Shown here: piece by piece, positions 1 through 9,399 of the stretch
Layout of the letters: each line of letters starts with the position of its first letter
Numbering within the stretch: the first letter of the stretch is position 1
Assembly (NCBI GenBank): GCA_910588015.1
Contig: CAJUOK010000003.1
Coordinates: 48,193-112,192 of the forward strand
DNA: 64,000 bases
Source: an uncultured Christensenellaceae bacterium
GTDB lineage: Bacteria; Bacillota; Clostridia; Christensenellales; UBA3700
Direction of reading: 5' to 3'
The notes under the pieces: model-generated
What the model was told of the DNA's origin: nothing
Seen by the model: the letters and a program-made list of their open reading frames with translations, nothing else
The model's database searches: none
Translations under genes and position numbers: made by a program

Positions 1-3000
1 GAATCGGGAATCTCTATTTCCGTGAGAGACGCGCAATCGGCAAAAGCTTTATCGCCCACCTTTGTAACGGTATACTTTTTACCTTCGTATTCTACTTCCT
101 CCGCAATAACTACCTTTCCGCTGATTTTTTTCTTATCCTGCTCTCCCACTACCGCGCTGCCGTCGTTTAACAAATAATACTTGACTCCGTCTCTTTCTAT
201 ACCTGCAACGCAGTTCAATACGACCTGTCCGCCTCCTCGCAAATCGCTCCAACCGCTTTCCCATCCGTCGGGAATTTTATTTATTTCGCATAAAATTGCG
301 ACAGGATGTTCGTTAAGGTTAAATGCATTTCTTTCAATAAATTTTACGCTTTTTGGAATATATATTCCGTTGCATTCGCTATGCTCGAAACCGCTGTGAG
401 AGAAAGAATATTCCTTCACGCCGATTACGTCTTTGTCGTTGTATTGCTCGGGTATAACAATTATTTCCGCCTTTCCGGAACTTTTCGTAACCCAATACCC
501 CTCGTTTTCATTGTCATAGGACAGAGATAAGACGTAGCCGCGTCCGACGTACATTGTGGTCAATTCTGCTTTTGACAGTCCTACGACTATCGAACATCCC
601 AAAATAATCAAAAGGCTAAATGCAATATTAGCTCTTGCCACTTTATTTTTACCTACGCACGATGAATTTTTACCCAAACTCACCAATGCCATTATAACTA
701 TAGGCGGAACTACAAAAAAGAGCCCCAAAATAAACCAAATTGCTTGACCTCCGTACATACATACCCAAAATTCCAAAAACGGACTTATTCTCACAATTGC
801 AAGAATCATAGTCACCGTTATTGCTATTGCAAACAACACGGAGAAAGCCACCGCTACTTTATTGCTTCTTTTAATCTTGCGCTTACGCGTCGCCTGTCTT
901 TTTTTCTCGATGCTCTTCGCAACGTTTTCCTTCGCTTTTTGCGGTTGCAACTCAAGTATCCATCCTATGTCGTCTTTGAGTTGTCGACTCTTGGGGGCAG
1001 CCGCAGTGGCGAACGTCAAAGCGTATTGCCAGCGCTCGTCTTTAGTTATGTCATTGTGCAATTTATAAGTGTCTTCTTTTTTCGTGCATTTATAATCACT
1101 GAGTATTTCGTAATATGCGTCGTTTGCTTCATTAAGCAACGCCGAATATACCCTGTCAGCCAAGTTGGCGTCGACTATATCTTGCTTATCCATATAAACG
1201 CATTCGTCGAGATAATCTATGCATATCGGAAATTCGTTGAGCGATTTGATACTGTCCAAAGCGTAATACAAATTAAGATAAAGATTGTCTTGGCTTTCGG
1301 GATTCTTCTCCGTATAACTGTTGACTGCAGTAAAATAATCGTCGTCGCTCAACAGCGAGTCGACGTATCTGACAAGTCCCAACGGATTGGAAAGCGAATG
1401 ATTTACGAGACAGCGGTTGAAATAAGCGTTGTCGTCGTATTTGTCCATATCCAGCAACAAATCGTTGTATCTCGTAATAAAAGACAGTTTATCTTCGGAA
1501 AATAAAGAGTCTATAAATTCGTTGAGGTATCTGACGTATAATTCGTTTTGCTCCTTGGGTATCATCGTCAAAACAAAATCAAACAGCTTGCAACACATAT
1601 CGGTATGCGATTCAACCTTTTGACAGCACAATTCAAACAATTTATCGGCGGCAAATTGGTTGAAACCGTAAGCAAAAAGTTTGTCTTCTACCGCGGAATT
1701 ATTCTGCGCGGCGGAGCAATACGCAAATATTGCGTCGTAATCAAAATTCAAGCTTCCTTCAAAGACTTTCCACAAAGCTCCTTGATGTCCCTCGTCGGCG
1801 CTTAAAATATCCTCGTAATATTTTAAAGCCGCGCTTTTATCGATTGATTCCGCAAATTTGAGATTCATTTCGATATAACGCTCGGTGTCGTCGACGGTCT
1901 TTATAGCGACGTCGAAAATCTCGCTATCGGCGCGCTTGACGGCAAAATCAAACATAACTTTGGTCAAAGCGTCGACTGATTTTTTGGAACTTTCGGGCAA
2001 TTCTATATATTCTTTATAGGCGGAAAAATCCTTTTGCTTTTTTACCTTGTCAAAAAGCGTTTTGTAAAAAGACTTCCTGCGTTCAGATTCGCTAGACGAA
2101 GCTATCGCCTTTTCGAGATTGTCGAATCCCACCGTATTCGAATGAGAAGCGACAAATTCTTCGGCGTCTCTGCTTGCGTTTTCAGCCAAGAACAAATACC
2201 AATAAGCCTCGCTGTTGGATGGATTTTCCGCAACAAGGTTGGAACAAAATCTCTTGACGTTGTCAAAGTCGGCTCGCTTGAGAAAGTCTGCCGCAATGGC
2301 AAGCTTCGCCTTGTCGGATACGGTTATCTCCCCCTGTCCGACAGCTTCGAGCTGACGTTTGGTCACGCCTTGTTTTATGACGCTCTTTTTCTTATAAGAA
2401 GCCGTTGCGTATTCCTTGCGCGACAGCTCGGGAGCGACTTTTTTGGCATACCTGTCGACAAAATCTATTACTCTTTGCAACGCGTCGTAGGTGTTGAATT
2501 TGATACCCTGTATCTTGCCGCCTATGCCCGGCAGTCTCTCCACAATGCTGTCTGTAAATATCACGGTAAGAGAATCGCGCTGTTTTTCTTCTTGACTGAG
2601 CATATTGAGATAACGCGTATACTCGTTCTTTACCCAAGGAGTCTGCAAATAGCTCTCGTCGGTGCACACCAACAGCATACTTTGCGCGCTGTGCAAAGCG
2701 TAAAGTATCAACGCTTCGTAATCCGCGCCCGTCCTGTTCTTTATCTCCTCTTCGGAATAAAACGGCGAATATCCCGCGTCTTGCAATTTGTGATAAAGCG
2801 TATTGGCGATATGACTGTCTTCCGTGTGTCTGCCGCCGTCTTCCGTAACCTTGACGCAAATAAAACAGTCGTAATTGAGTCCGGATTTTTTCAACTCGTA
2901 AAATTGAGCGCGAATACTGTCGATTTCTTTTGCCTTGAGAGTATATTCCTTCTTTTGCTCCGGCGTGGCTAGTTCCAACGCCTTTTTGAAATTCTTGTCC

Positions 3001-3347
3001 TGCAAAAAAGACTTGTCGGTGACGTCGTGAACGATAGGCTGCATTCTGTCGTTGACGTGGTCTTTGAGATACTGCACTTGCGAACTTGCAAGCGCCATAC
3101 CCATATATGCCTCGGGCTCTTTTTTGTCAATTTCCGCCGCCTTTTGATATGCCGTATACGCTTCGTCGAATCGGCAAATGTCAAGTCCGTGCGCGCCCAA
3201 ATTCAAATACTGTTCCGCTTTGGACTGGCTTTTGGGCACAGTGTATACGCTCATACAGAATTCGCAGCGCAACACTCCGTCGACAGCTTTGGAATAATCC
3301 AGCTCTCCTCCGCAATTCTTACATTTATGTATATTATAATTATCCAT
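1..3347 (-). CDS. Large membrane protein with N-terminal zinc ribbon, TIR domain, helical/TPR-like region, 3 TM helices and C-terminal BspA-type leucine-rich repeats. Start codon at 3347; C-terminus lies beyond the window start.
   Basis: Reverse-complement translation from ATG (comp. 3345-3347; AGGGG RBS 7 nt upstream) runs stop-free to coordinate 3, about 1115 codons. N-terminus MDNYNIHKCKNCGG...LRCEFC is a zinc ribbon. Residues ~139-230 (YDCFICVKVTEDGG...LILYALHSAQSMLLVCTDESYLQTPWVKNEY) fit the TIR_2 pattern. Three hydrophobic helices follow around residue 780-880. The C-terminus has YTVTKVGDKAFADCASLTEIEIP-type BspA-like LRR repeats. It is absent from the ORF track, presumably because there is no in-window stop. 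Confidence 0.6.
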   Translation of the reverse strand, partial: MDNYNIHKCKNCGGELDYSKAVDGVLRCEFCMSVYTVPKSQSKAEQYLNLGAHGLDICRFDEAYTAYQKAAEIDKKEPEAYMGMALASSQVQYLKDHVNDRMQPIVHDVTDKSFLQDKNFKKALELATPEQKKEYTLKAKEIDSIRAQFYELKKSGLNYDCFICVKVTEDGGRHTEDSHIANTLYHKLQDAGYSPFYSEEEIKNRTGADYEALILYALHSAQSMLLVCTDESYLQTPWVKNEYTRYLNMLSQEEKQRDSLTVIFTDSIVERLPGIGGKIQGIKFNTYDALQRVIDFVDRYAKKVAPELSRKEYATASYKKKSVIKQGVTKRQLEAVGQGEITVSDKAKLAIAADFLKRADFDNVKRFCSNLVAENPSNSEAYWYLFLAENASRDAEEFVASHSNTVGFDNLEKAIASSSESERRKSFYKTLFDKVKKQKDFSAYKEYIELPESSKKSVDALTKVMFDFAVKRADSEIFDVAIKTVDDTERYIEMNLKFAESIDKSAALKYYEDILSADEGHQGALWKVFEGSLNFDYDAIFAYCSAAQNNSAVEDKLFAYGFNQFAADKLFELCCQKVESHTDMCCKLFDFVLTMIPKEQNELYVRYLNEFIDSLFSEDKLSFITRYNDLLLDMDKYDDNAYFNRCLVNHSLSNPLGLVRYVDSLLSDDDYFTAVNSYTEKNPESQDNLYLNLYYALDSIKSLNEFPICIDYLDECVYMDKQDIVDANLADRVYSALLNEANDAYYEILSDYKCTKKEDTYKLHNDITKDERWQYALTFATAAAPKSRQLKDDIGWILELQPQKAKENVAKSIEKKRQATRKRKIKRSNKVAVAFSVLFAIAITVTMILAIVRISPFLEFWVCMYGGQAIWFILGLFFVVPPIVIMALVSLGKNSSCVGKNKVARANIAFSLLIILGCSIVVGLSKAELTTMYVGRGYVLSLSYDNENEGYWVTKSSGKAEIIVIPEQYNDKDVIGVKEYSFSHSGFEHSECNGIYIPKSVKFIERNAFNLNEHPVAILCEINKIPDGWESGWSDLRGGGQVVLNCVAGIERDGVKYYLLNDGSAVVGEQDKKKISGKVVIAEEVEYEGKKYTVTKVGDKAFADCASLTEIEIPD

Positions 3348-3366
3348 ATTACCCCTGTTTACCGCT

Positions 3367-3699
3367 TCACAAAATGGCGTTTCTGTCGGCAATAACTACT
3401 TTAATCTCTTTTAGTATTTCTTCTGCGTGAGCGTCGGGTTTGCCGTCGGAGGCAACCAAAGCTCTTTTTAGACTTATAATTTGCTTATTTATGGATTTGT
3501 CGTACTCTACAACCTGCGATTTGTCGGAAGGACGCAGATACTTGAGTTGCTCTGCCGTAGCTGCAAGCTTTTCTTTAAACTCTTGACTGTCGCTTATCTC
3601 CTCTATTGCCACGTTGATAAACGACGCGTTGGTCGCGATAAGTTCTCTGTCTTCCTTGATTTTGTCTAAAGAATTGCCTCTCTTTTTGAAAAAACACAT
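3367..3699 (-). CDS. Hypothetical small protein (110 aa), likely co-transcribed with the flanking genes.
   Basis: ORF in track; 10-20 nt gaps to both neighbours on the same strand. Confidence 0.4.
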   Translation of the reverse strand: MCFFKKRGNSLDKIKEDRELIATNASFINVAIEEISDSQEFKEKLAATAEQLKYLRPSDKSQVVEYDKSINKQIISLKRALVASDGKPDAHAEEILKEIKVVIADRNAIL

Positions 3700-3709
3700 A
3701 TCCGCCTCC

Positions 3710-4735
3710 TTAAATCAACTTTCTGCCGCAACCGCAGCAAAACGCCGAATCATAGCCGTTGGCTTTGCCGCAATCGGGACAAACCACGGGATTTTTGCTT
3801 ACTCTCTTGCCGCACTTGGAGCAAAATACCGCCGTAGGCTCGTGCTCCGCTCCGCAATGCGGACAGACGTTTTGGTTTTGGGACTTTTCGTCTTTTGCGT
3901 TTTGCGATTTAAGCACTTCGTAGTAAGCAAGTTTGTCGTTGAGCTGCATATTGCGAATATACTTTTCTCTCTCCCACTGCTTGTCGTCTATACGCTCTTC
4001 TTCTTTGTATATCTTTTCGACTTTTGCCGCCGCAGCCTCCGCTTGAGCAACGCTTTCGATAGCGCGCACGTCCTCGTCGGACAAATCAAAGTCGGCTATC
4101 TTAAAATTGAGCACGCTCAATCCCCACTGTCTTTCAAACTCGGGACTCAACGCTTCTCCCATACTCTCTCCGATTGCCTTTTTGTTGGCGGTGAATTTGT
4201 CGTAAGTGAGTTTCTTTTGGCTCACCGTGTTTATGAACAAATCGGCGAACTCCGTTGCCACAGTCTCGCTGAACCTGCGTCTGAATTCGTTGAGATTGAA
4301 TTCTTTTTTTACTCCGACGACTTTGCGGAAAAACTGTTCGGGATTGGAGACGCACACGTCGAACTCGCCTCTGGCGCCCACCGAAACGACCTTTTTAGAA
4401 CCTTCGTCGCGATACTTCAGTCTGTTGGGAGTACCCCACTTGATGAGCACTCTGGTATCCTTGGGAATATAAATAACCTCGACCGAAAGTCCCGACTTCC
4501 AATTCTTAATCTCCTTTTTGTCGTCGAAAACGTCGTAAGTTCCACTCTTGTAATATCTCATATCGCCGCCGCCCTTTATGACTATGGCGTCGTGAGTGAT
4601 AGGCACTTCGAGACGCGCTTCCGAATCGGTGACTACGTCGTCGACTCTTACGAAAAGCACTTCGTTGTCGTCGAAATTTGCGTTGCAAAGGTCTTGTTGC
4701 AATTTGATTACCTGTTTTTGTTTTTTACCAAACAT
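3710..4735 (-). CDS. SPFH/band-7-like protein (COG4260-type) with C-terminal tandem zinc ribbons.
   Basis: 341 aa; C-terminus CPHCG...CSKCG...CPDCG...CCGCG gives four CxxC pairs. The N-terminal 250 aa resemble stomatin/SPFH-with-Zn-ribbon proteins. This call is from recall, not a database search. Confidence 0.45.
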   Translation of the reverse strand: MFGKKQKQVIKLQQDLCNANFDDNEVLFVRVDDVVTDSEARLEVPITHDAIVIKGGGDMRYYKSGTYDVFDDKKEIKNWKSGLSVEVIYIPKDTRVLIKWGTPNRLKYRDEGSKKVVSVGARGEFDVCVSNPEQFFRKVVGVKKEFNLNEFRRRFSETVATEFADLFINTVSQKKLTYDKFTANKKAIGESMGEALSPEFERQWGLSVLNFKIADFDLSDEDVRAIESVAQAEAAAAKVEKIYKEEERIDDKQWEREKYIRNMQLNDKLAYYEVLKSQNAKDEKSQNQNVCPHCGAEHEPTAVFCSKCGKRVSKNPVVCPDCGKANGYDSAFCCGCGRKLI

Positions 4736-4865
4736 ATTAATATCCCCGATATTTTATTATTATTTTCAAACGATTTAGACGGCAATTTCAACTTGCATAT
4801 CGCATAAAGTTGAGACTGTCCGGCTTTTTACATTAACGCAATATAAGTCTCGCTGATAATTTATT

Positions 4866-4995
4866 CCAAAAAAAGTATACTTTTACTGACCGAAATATAT
4901 TGCAAAATTATATCACGTGAGATATAATATTATTGAAAAAAATCGCCGTTTCGCGATATATTCTAATGAAGTCAGTAAAAGTATACTTTTTTTAG
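4866..4995. repeat. Perfect 23-bp inverted repeat (AAAAAAAGTATACTTTTACTGAC / GTCAGTAAAAGTATACTTTTTTT) separated by 80 bp that contain a TTGCAA-N17-TATAAT promoter-like sequence and a CACGTG-centred dyad.
   Basis: Read directly: 4868-4890 versus 4971-4993. It sits in the 420-bp AT-rich gap between the chromosomal cluster and the holin end of the phage-like element. Confidence 0.8.
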
Positions 4996-5044
4996 AAATT
5001 GCATAAAATTTTCTATTAAAATCATAAAGACAACAAAAAACAGC

Positions 5045-5072
5045 GGCAAAAAATAATTATGCCGCCGTTTAT
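5045..5072 (-). terminator. Rho-independent terminator downstream of the holin genes (minus strand: GCGGCA-loop-TGCCGC followed by TGTTTTTTGTTG).
   Basis: Reverse complement of 5045-5072 gives a 6-bp GC stem followed by a T-tract; about 90 nt after the holin stop at 5157. Confidence 0.5.
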
Positions 5073-5156
5073 ATTCTCTCGCCTATGTATAGGCGTCCTT
5101 GCCTTCGCGCAAAATACAGAACATATCAATTCTCTTTGCGCGCGGTCTTGCAAATT

Positions 5157-5393
5157 TTATTGCGCGGAGTTTTCGTCTGAATCTTCCTGTTCTTTTTCGG
5201 TAGCCGCCGTGTTTCCGCTTGCTTTGCCGCCGTTCTTTTTGAGAATTCCCGCTACAGCGAGCGCTCCCAAAAATCCCGTGACAATCTCCTGTATTAAAGG
5301 CACGTTGAATTTCAGCGCTACGCTCTGCAATATTGCCATAACGGCGCTTATCAACGATACCCAAAATTCATAACTCTTGAGTTTGGCTTTCAT
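5157..5393 (-). CDS. Holin, SPP1/XhlB-like (78 aa from the ATG at 5393; the track ORF starts earlier at 5432).
   Basis: MKAKLKSYEFWVSLISAVMAILQSVALKF...GALAVAGILKKNGG plus a charged C-tail. AGGAGG RBS 5 nt upstream of the ATG at 5391-5393. Two predicted TM segments. Confidence 0.5.
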   Translation of the reverse strand: MKAKLKSYEFWVSLISAVMAILQSVALKFNVPLIQEIVTGFLGALAVAGILKKNGGKASGNTAATEKEQEDSDENSAQ

Positions 5394-5665
5394 ACGACCT
5401 CCTTTGCCGCGCAATTGACTTTGTCTTGACATAGACTTTCTTCTCTCGCCGAATTTTCCATATACTTGCGAACTGTTCCGTTGACTTCGGCGACTTCTTC
5501 GTCGAGGTCTTTTAAATATCCGAGGTCTTGCGAAAGCGACGTTATCGTTTCTTGATACTTTTTTTCTCTCGTTCTGCTGTCTTTAAGCTCATAGATAAGC
5601 AACACGCAAAACAAAAGCGTCCAGATTCCGTCGCTTATCGCAAGCTCTATAATCTTATCCCACAT
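5390..5665 (-). CDS. bhlA: BhlA/UviB-family holin-like protein.
   Basis: MWDKIIELAISDGIWTLLFCVLLIYELKDSRTREKKYQETI matches the BhlA/UviB N-terminal TM plus coiled-coil pattern. Confidence 0.65.
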   Translation of the reverse strand: MWDKIIELAISDGIWTLLFCVLLIYELKDSRTREKKYQETITSLSQDLGYLKDLDEEVAEVNGTVRKYMENSAREESLCQDKVNCAAKEVV

Positions 5666-5666
5666 A

Positions 5667-6668
5667 TCAATTCTCCTTCTTGGCTATCTCGGTGATAAGT
5701 TTGCCGTAGTAATTGCCGAGATAGTTTTTCAACTGTCCGTTCTGTTGTAGCATTTGCAACGCGGCGTCTCGCGGTATCGACGAATAATACTCCAACGCAA
5801 GGTCGTATCTCTTTTGATAACTCTCGCCTTTTTGTCCGGCATAGCCGTATTTGTCTTCCATATTCTTGATTTCCAAAGCGTCTTTTTGCCTTTTGGCAAG
5901 CTGTTCTTCTATGGCTTTGGTTCTGTCTTCTATATACTTGGCTTCTTTTTCTTTGAGCGTATTGTTGTACTTGTCTATAGCCGCCACTTCTTTGGCTCTC
6001 TTGTCGAGCAAGCGCTCTATTTCGCTGTCGAGACGTTGAGCGTATTCCAAATCGAGATTTTGAATCGCCGTCGCCGCCTCTCCCTGCAATCTTTCAATTT
6101 CGGAATTTAGATTTTTGAGCTCCGCGCTCAATTTATCCTTAAGCGATTTGCTTTCGACTAGGCGCGAAGTTTCAGCGGCGTCGCTCTGACCTTGTTTTAT
6201 AGAAGAACGGTAAAGTCCTTTTTTGATAAGTTCTTTTTCCAATGCCTTTTGAAAATCCGCATAGTCTCTGTCTAGTTGCTCTTGCTTTTGACTATACTCG
6301 TCTTTGGCTACGTCTATCTTGGTTTCGACTCCCTCTTTCTTGGTATTCAAAGCGTCGTCGACTTTTTTCTTTTCGCCGTCAAGCAAGCCGTCGTATTTTT
6401 CTTTGGTTTTGCTCTTTATTCCCTCTTCGTCGTCGCCCGTATATTGCAGATACTCGAAAGTCTGCTCTTCTGGCAACACGTCGGAGAGGTCTTCATATCC
6501 CTCTTCGGGGTCGTATTTTATATTGTTTTTATATTCTTCTTCAAGCTCTCCAAGCTTGTCGTTAAGCTGTTTTTCTCCGTCGGCATACTGCGAAGTATCG
6601 ACTTCTTCGGGGGTCTTTTTTCCCGTAAAAAATTCTTTGACTTTTTTTGTAAAATCGTCCCAACTCAT
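5667..6668 (-). CDS. Coiled-coil, Glu/Lys-rich hypothetical protein (333 aa), phage late region.
   Basis: ORF in track; low-complexity coiled-coil composition. Confidence 0.4.
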   Translation of the reverse strand: MSWDDFTKKVKEFFTGKKTPEEVDTSQYADGEKQLNDKLGELEEEYKNNIKYDPEEGYEDLSDVLPEEQTFEYLQYTGDDEEGIKSKTKEKYDGLLDGEKKKVDDALNTKKEGVETKIDVAKDEYSQKQEQLDRDYADFQKALEKELIKKGLYRSSIKQGQSDAAETSRLVESKSLKDKLSAELKNLNSEIERLQGEAATAIQNLDLEYAQRLDSEIERLLDKRAKEVAAIDKYNNTLKEKEAKYIEDRTKAIEEQLAKRQKDALEIKNMEDKYGYAGQKGESYQKRYDLALEYYSSIPRDAALQMLQQNGQLKNYLGNYYGKLITEIAKKEN

Positions 6669-6692
6669 ATTTAACTCCTTATATTTATGAAT

Positions 6693-7064
6693 TCATTGGC
6701 TTACTTTGGCTGACCTGATTGCGCCGCTCAAACGAATACGCCCCGCCGTTATTCCTCCCGATAGAGCTATCTCTACGTTTCGCCAACCTCTTTCCAAAGA
6801 CAGCGGTCGAATGGTTATCAATCCCAATTGTCTGCCTGCGTTTTTGCCGTCGACAGTCACGTCGCATTGAGCCTCTCCGCCCTGCGACAGCGCTATTGCT
6901 TCAAGCTCCGCCTCGCCGCCTTGAGAATAAACGCGAAGACTTATCTTGCCTGCTCCGTCCGTCAACGGCATAACGAAATAATACGAGGATATTGCCGACG
7001 CAATGTGTCTTTCCAAACTGTCGGATAAATCTGCGACGGTCGATTGGATTTTCTTTATATTCAT
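6693..7064 (-). CDS. Hypothetical phage protein (123 aa).
   Basis: ORF in track, in a tight same-strand series. Confidence 0.35.
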   Translation of the reverse strand: MNIKKIQSTVADLSDSLERHIASAISSYYFVMPLTDGAGKISLRVYSQGGEAELEAIALSQGGEAQCDVTVDGKNAGRQLGLITIRPLSLERGWRNVEIALSGGITAGRIRLSGAIRSAKVSQ

Positions 7065-7073
7065 AATCTCTCC

Positions 7074-8501
7074 TTATTGCAAAAAATCTATCTCGAGTAT
7101 CGGCGGTCTTATCTCTTCGCGCATATTGTCGGAACGAATATAGAATACGAATTTGTCAGACTTGACGTATATATTTACTCTGTTTTCCGTAGGCGACAGG
7201 ATAAATTCGCGCCGCTCCCCGTTTGCCATTATTCCAAGCACGTACTGACAGCAAGCGCTGTATTCCACCGCTCTCACGACTTTAAAAATCGACGGTCTGT
7301 CAAAGTCTATCTCGCCGCTCTGCCAGTATTTTTGATACGGCGCGCCGAAATAAAGTCCGCTGCCGTCCAACTGAACGGGCGAAGCGCAATCTTGCGAAAG
7401 TCCTATGACTTTTCCCTCTCCGTAAGCCCCCACCGTCTTGAGGTCGTAGAGAGATATTCCGCGCATAAATTCCACAGATTTTTCGGCTATGTCCAATATC
7501 AAAATTGTGTTGTTGGCGCGACTTTGCGAAAACACTCCGTAGTCGCACTCTTTCTCGTCTGTAAACGACATTATATAGCGACCGTGGGCGTAACACGCCG
7601 ACGCGTCTTTGAATCCGCCGTCGAACAAACCGTCAACTCCGACGTTGATTTTCGTCACGGCATATCCGTCGAAAAGATATATCCCGTCTTGGCTTGCAAA
7701 GGCTATGTATTCGCCGCATTCTTTGACCGAATCGGCAAATATCTTCCCTCCCGACGCATATACTTTCTTCATAGAAAACTGCGTTTGGTCGGCAAATGCC
7801 GTCAACCTGTAAATGCCGTAATCGCAAAAGATATAGAGATAATTTTCAAAGCTCTTGACGGTGTTGACGCTGCCCAAAGAACCGTCGAAATTTATGTAGC
7901 CGCCTTCTTCCAGTGAAACGTTCCAATTATAAGGGTCGAAATCGTCGCTGAATCTCAAAGAATTTCGCTTTCCCTCGACGACGGCGTATATTCTCTCGTA
8001 ATGAACGCACATATCCAGTATGCGCGCGTCGGCTTGAACGTCGACCAACTCTCCGTCGGCAAGAGCTTTGAGTCCCTTCTCTCCCGAAAGCAAGAGCAAG
8101 TCTTTATCTTCGTAAAGATAATTGACTCCCACGTCGAATATTCCGTCGGTCTCTATATGCTTCCATTGAGTCTCTCCGCAAACCGTATATTCCAATCCCC
8201 CTCGGTGAGACAGCGCAAAAGCCGTTTTGAGTTGTCCGCCCAAGTCGACTTTGGTAACAAAAAGCCTTTTTTTGCCTTCGACTGACGGCATCGGCGGAAT
8301 CGCCGTTTCGTCGACTTCCAACGCGCTTATGCCCAACGGATTGATTAGAATTCCGTTTTTGAATTTAAAATTATACGCGCAATCTACGTAATCGCAAGGC
8401 AGATTTCTCGACGCCTTTGTTTCGTCGAAGCCCTTGAACCCGGACAGCAAAACTCTCTTTCGCCGAGGCTTGGCAAGAGCGTAATTTTTGTCGTAAAACA
8501 T
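7074..8501 (-). CDS. Hypothetical beta-rich phage structural-like protein (475 aa); possible receptor-binding or tail-fibre protein.
   Basis: Repeated G-x-Y-x-F-D-G-like segments (YINFDGSLG, YLFDGYAV, GLFDGGFKD). Lies between a holin pair and small phage-like ORFs. No domain recognised with certainty. Confidence 0.35.
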   Translation of the reverse strand: MFYDKNYALAKPRRKRVLLSGFKGFDETKASRNLPCDYVDCAYNFKFKNGILINPLGISALEVDETAIPPMPSVEGKKRLFVTKVDLGGQLKTAFALSHRGGLEYTVCGETQWKHIETDGIFDVGVNYLYEDKDLLLLSGEKGLKALADGELVDVQADARILDMCVHYERIYAVVEGKRNSLRFSDDFDPYNWNVSLEEGGYINFDGSLGSVNTVKSFENYLYIFCDYGIYRLTAFADQTQFSMKKVYASGGKIFADSVKECGEYIAFASQDGIYLFDGYAVTKINVGVDGLFDGGFKDASACYAHGRYIMSFTDEKECDYGVFSQSRANNTILILDIAEKSVEFMRGISLYDLKTVGAYGEGKVIGLSQDCASPVQLDGSGLYFGAPYQKYWQSGEIDFDRPSIFKVVRAVEYSACCQYVLGIMANGERREFILSPTENRVNIYVKSDKFVFYIRSDNMREEIRPPILEIDFLQ

Positions 8502-8502
8502 A

Positions 8503-9054
8503 TCAGTACCACCTTCTGGGTTTAATTTTGACGTTGCCCTTTTTTCTTACCGCAGTGCGCATATCTTCTTTGAATCTATCCGAATACATAACCGATTGCT
8601 CATACATTCCGCAAATCATACTGTATTCGGCGCATATGCCCAAAGCCAACGTCTTTGCGCCCACCGTCGGAGATATAGGACATTCTTCTTCGATATCTAC
8701 CTCCAACGGCGCGTAAGAATAAAGTACGTCTGCTCTTTTCATATCCTTGTTGGCAACGGCGCAATGCGTCGGCGTGAGATAAAAATTGGATTCCAATCCG
8801 CTGTCAGCGTCTACGACTTTGCGAATTTGCGCAGACTTGTGAAGCAAATTTTCGAGAAAAATTTTTCCGTCATCAACATCCACTCTCTCTTCTTCAAGCA
8901 AAGGCGCATACTCCGCGGCTATTTCTTGGATGACCAAATTGGCGCACTTGACAAGTAATTTCAGCTTGGGATGCTGCGCCGTTTGAGCGTTGACGCTCGC
9001 GTCTTCGTCGCCGAGATACGTCAGGCAAATCCTTATAGCTTCTTTGAGTTGCAT
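8503..9054 (-). CDS. Hypothetical phage protein (183 aa).
   Basis: ORF in track; stop/start abutting its neighbour. Confidence 0.35.
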   Translation of the reverse strand: MQLKEAIRICLTYLGDEDASVNAQTAQHPKLKLLVKCANLVIQEIAAEYAPLLEEERVDVDDGKIFLENLLHKSAQIRKVVDADSGLESNFYLTPTHCAVANKDMKRADVLYSYAPLEVDIEEECPISPTVGAKTLALGICAEYSMICGMYEQSVMYSDRFKEDMRTAVRKKGNVKIKPRRWY

Positions 9055-9069
9055 ATTCCCTCCTCAAGG

Positions 9070-9384
9070 TCACAGGCGCAGACCGCCCATAGCCTTTTCT
9101 ATTATTTCTTGCCTTTTTTGTTCTTCGACGCGGGCGTTGTTGGCGTCGATTTGCGCAAGTATCTTTTCTTTGTTTTTTACACTGCTTTGCACTGCAAAAT
9201 CCAACGCCCTTTTGTCGAGATTCTTATAAGGCAAAACTGCTTGAAAAGACGGAGACTTTGCCGAATTGTGCAATTCGTATCTGCAAGTTCCCCTGTCGTA
9301 ATAGATTTTGTAATTTTCGTCTATGCTCTTTATTCTTGCCGATATATCGAACAAATCGTCGGTTATCTCCGTCAGTCTTTCCAT
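9070..9384 (-). CDS. Hypothetical protein (104 aa).
   Basis: ORF in track. Confidence 0.35.
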   Translation of the reverse strand: MERLTEITDDLFDISARIKSIDENYKIYYDRGTCRYELHNSAKSPSFQAVLPYKNLDKRALDFAVQSSVKNKEKILAQIDANNARVEEQKRQEIIEKAMGGLRL

Positions 9385-9399
9385 AATTGCCTCTTATTT

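Noticed and set aside
181-3430. Many plus- and minus-strand ORFs in the track over this interval (for example 744..1505, 2034..2972, 2392..2859, 3027..3395).
   Set aside because: They are out-of-frame or antisense shadows of the single long minus-strand TIR-LRR gene, with junk-like composition and no RBS.
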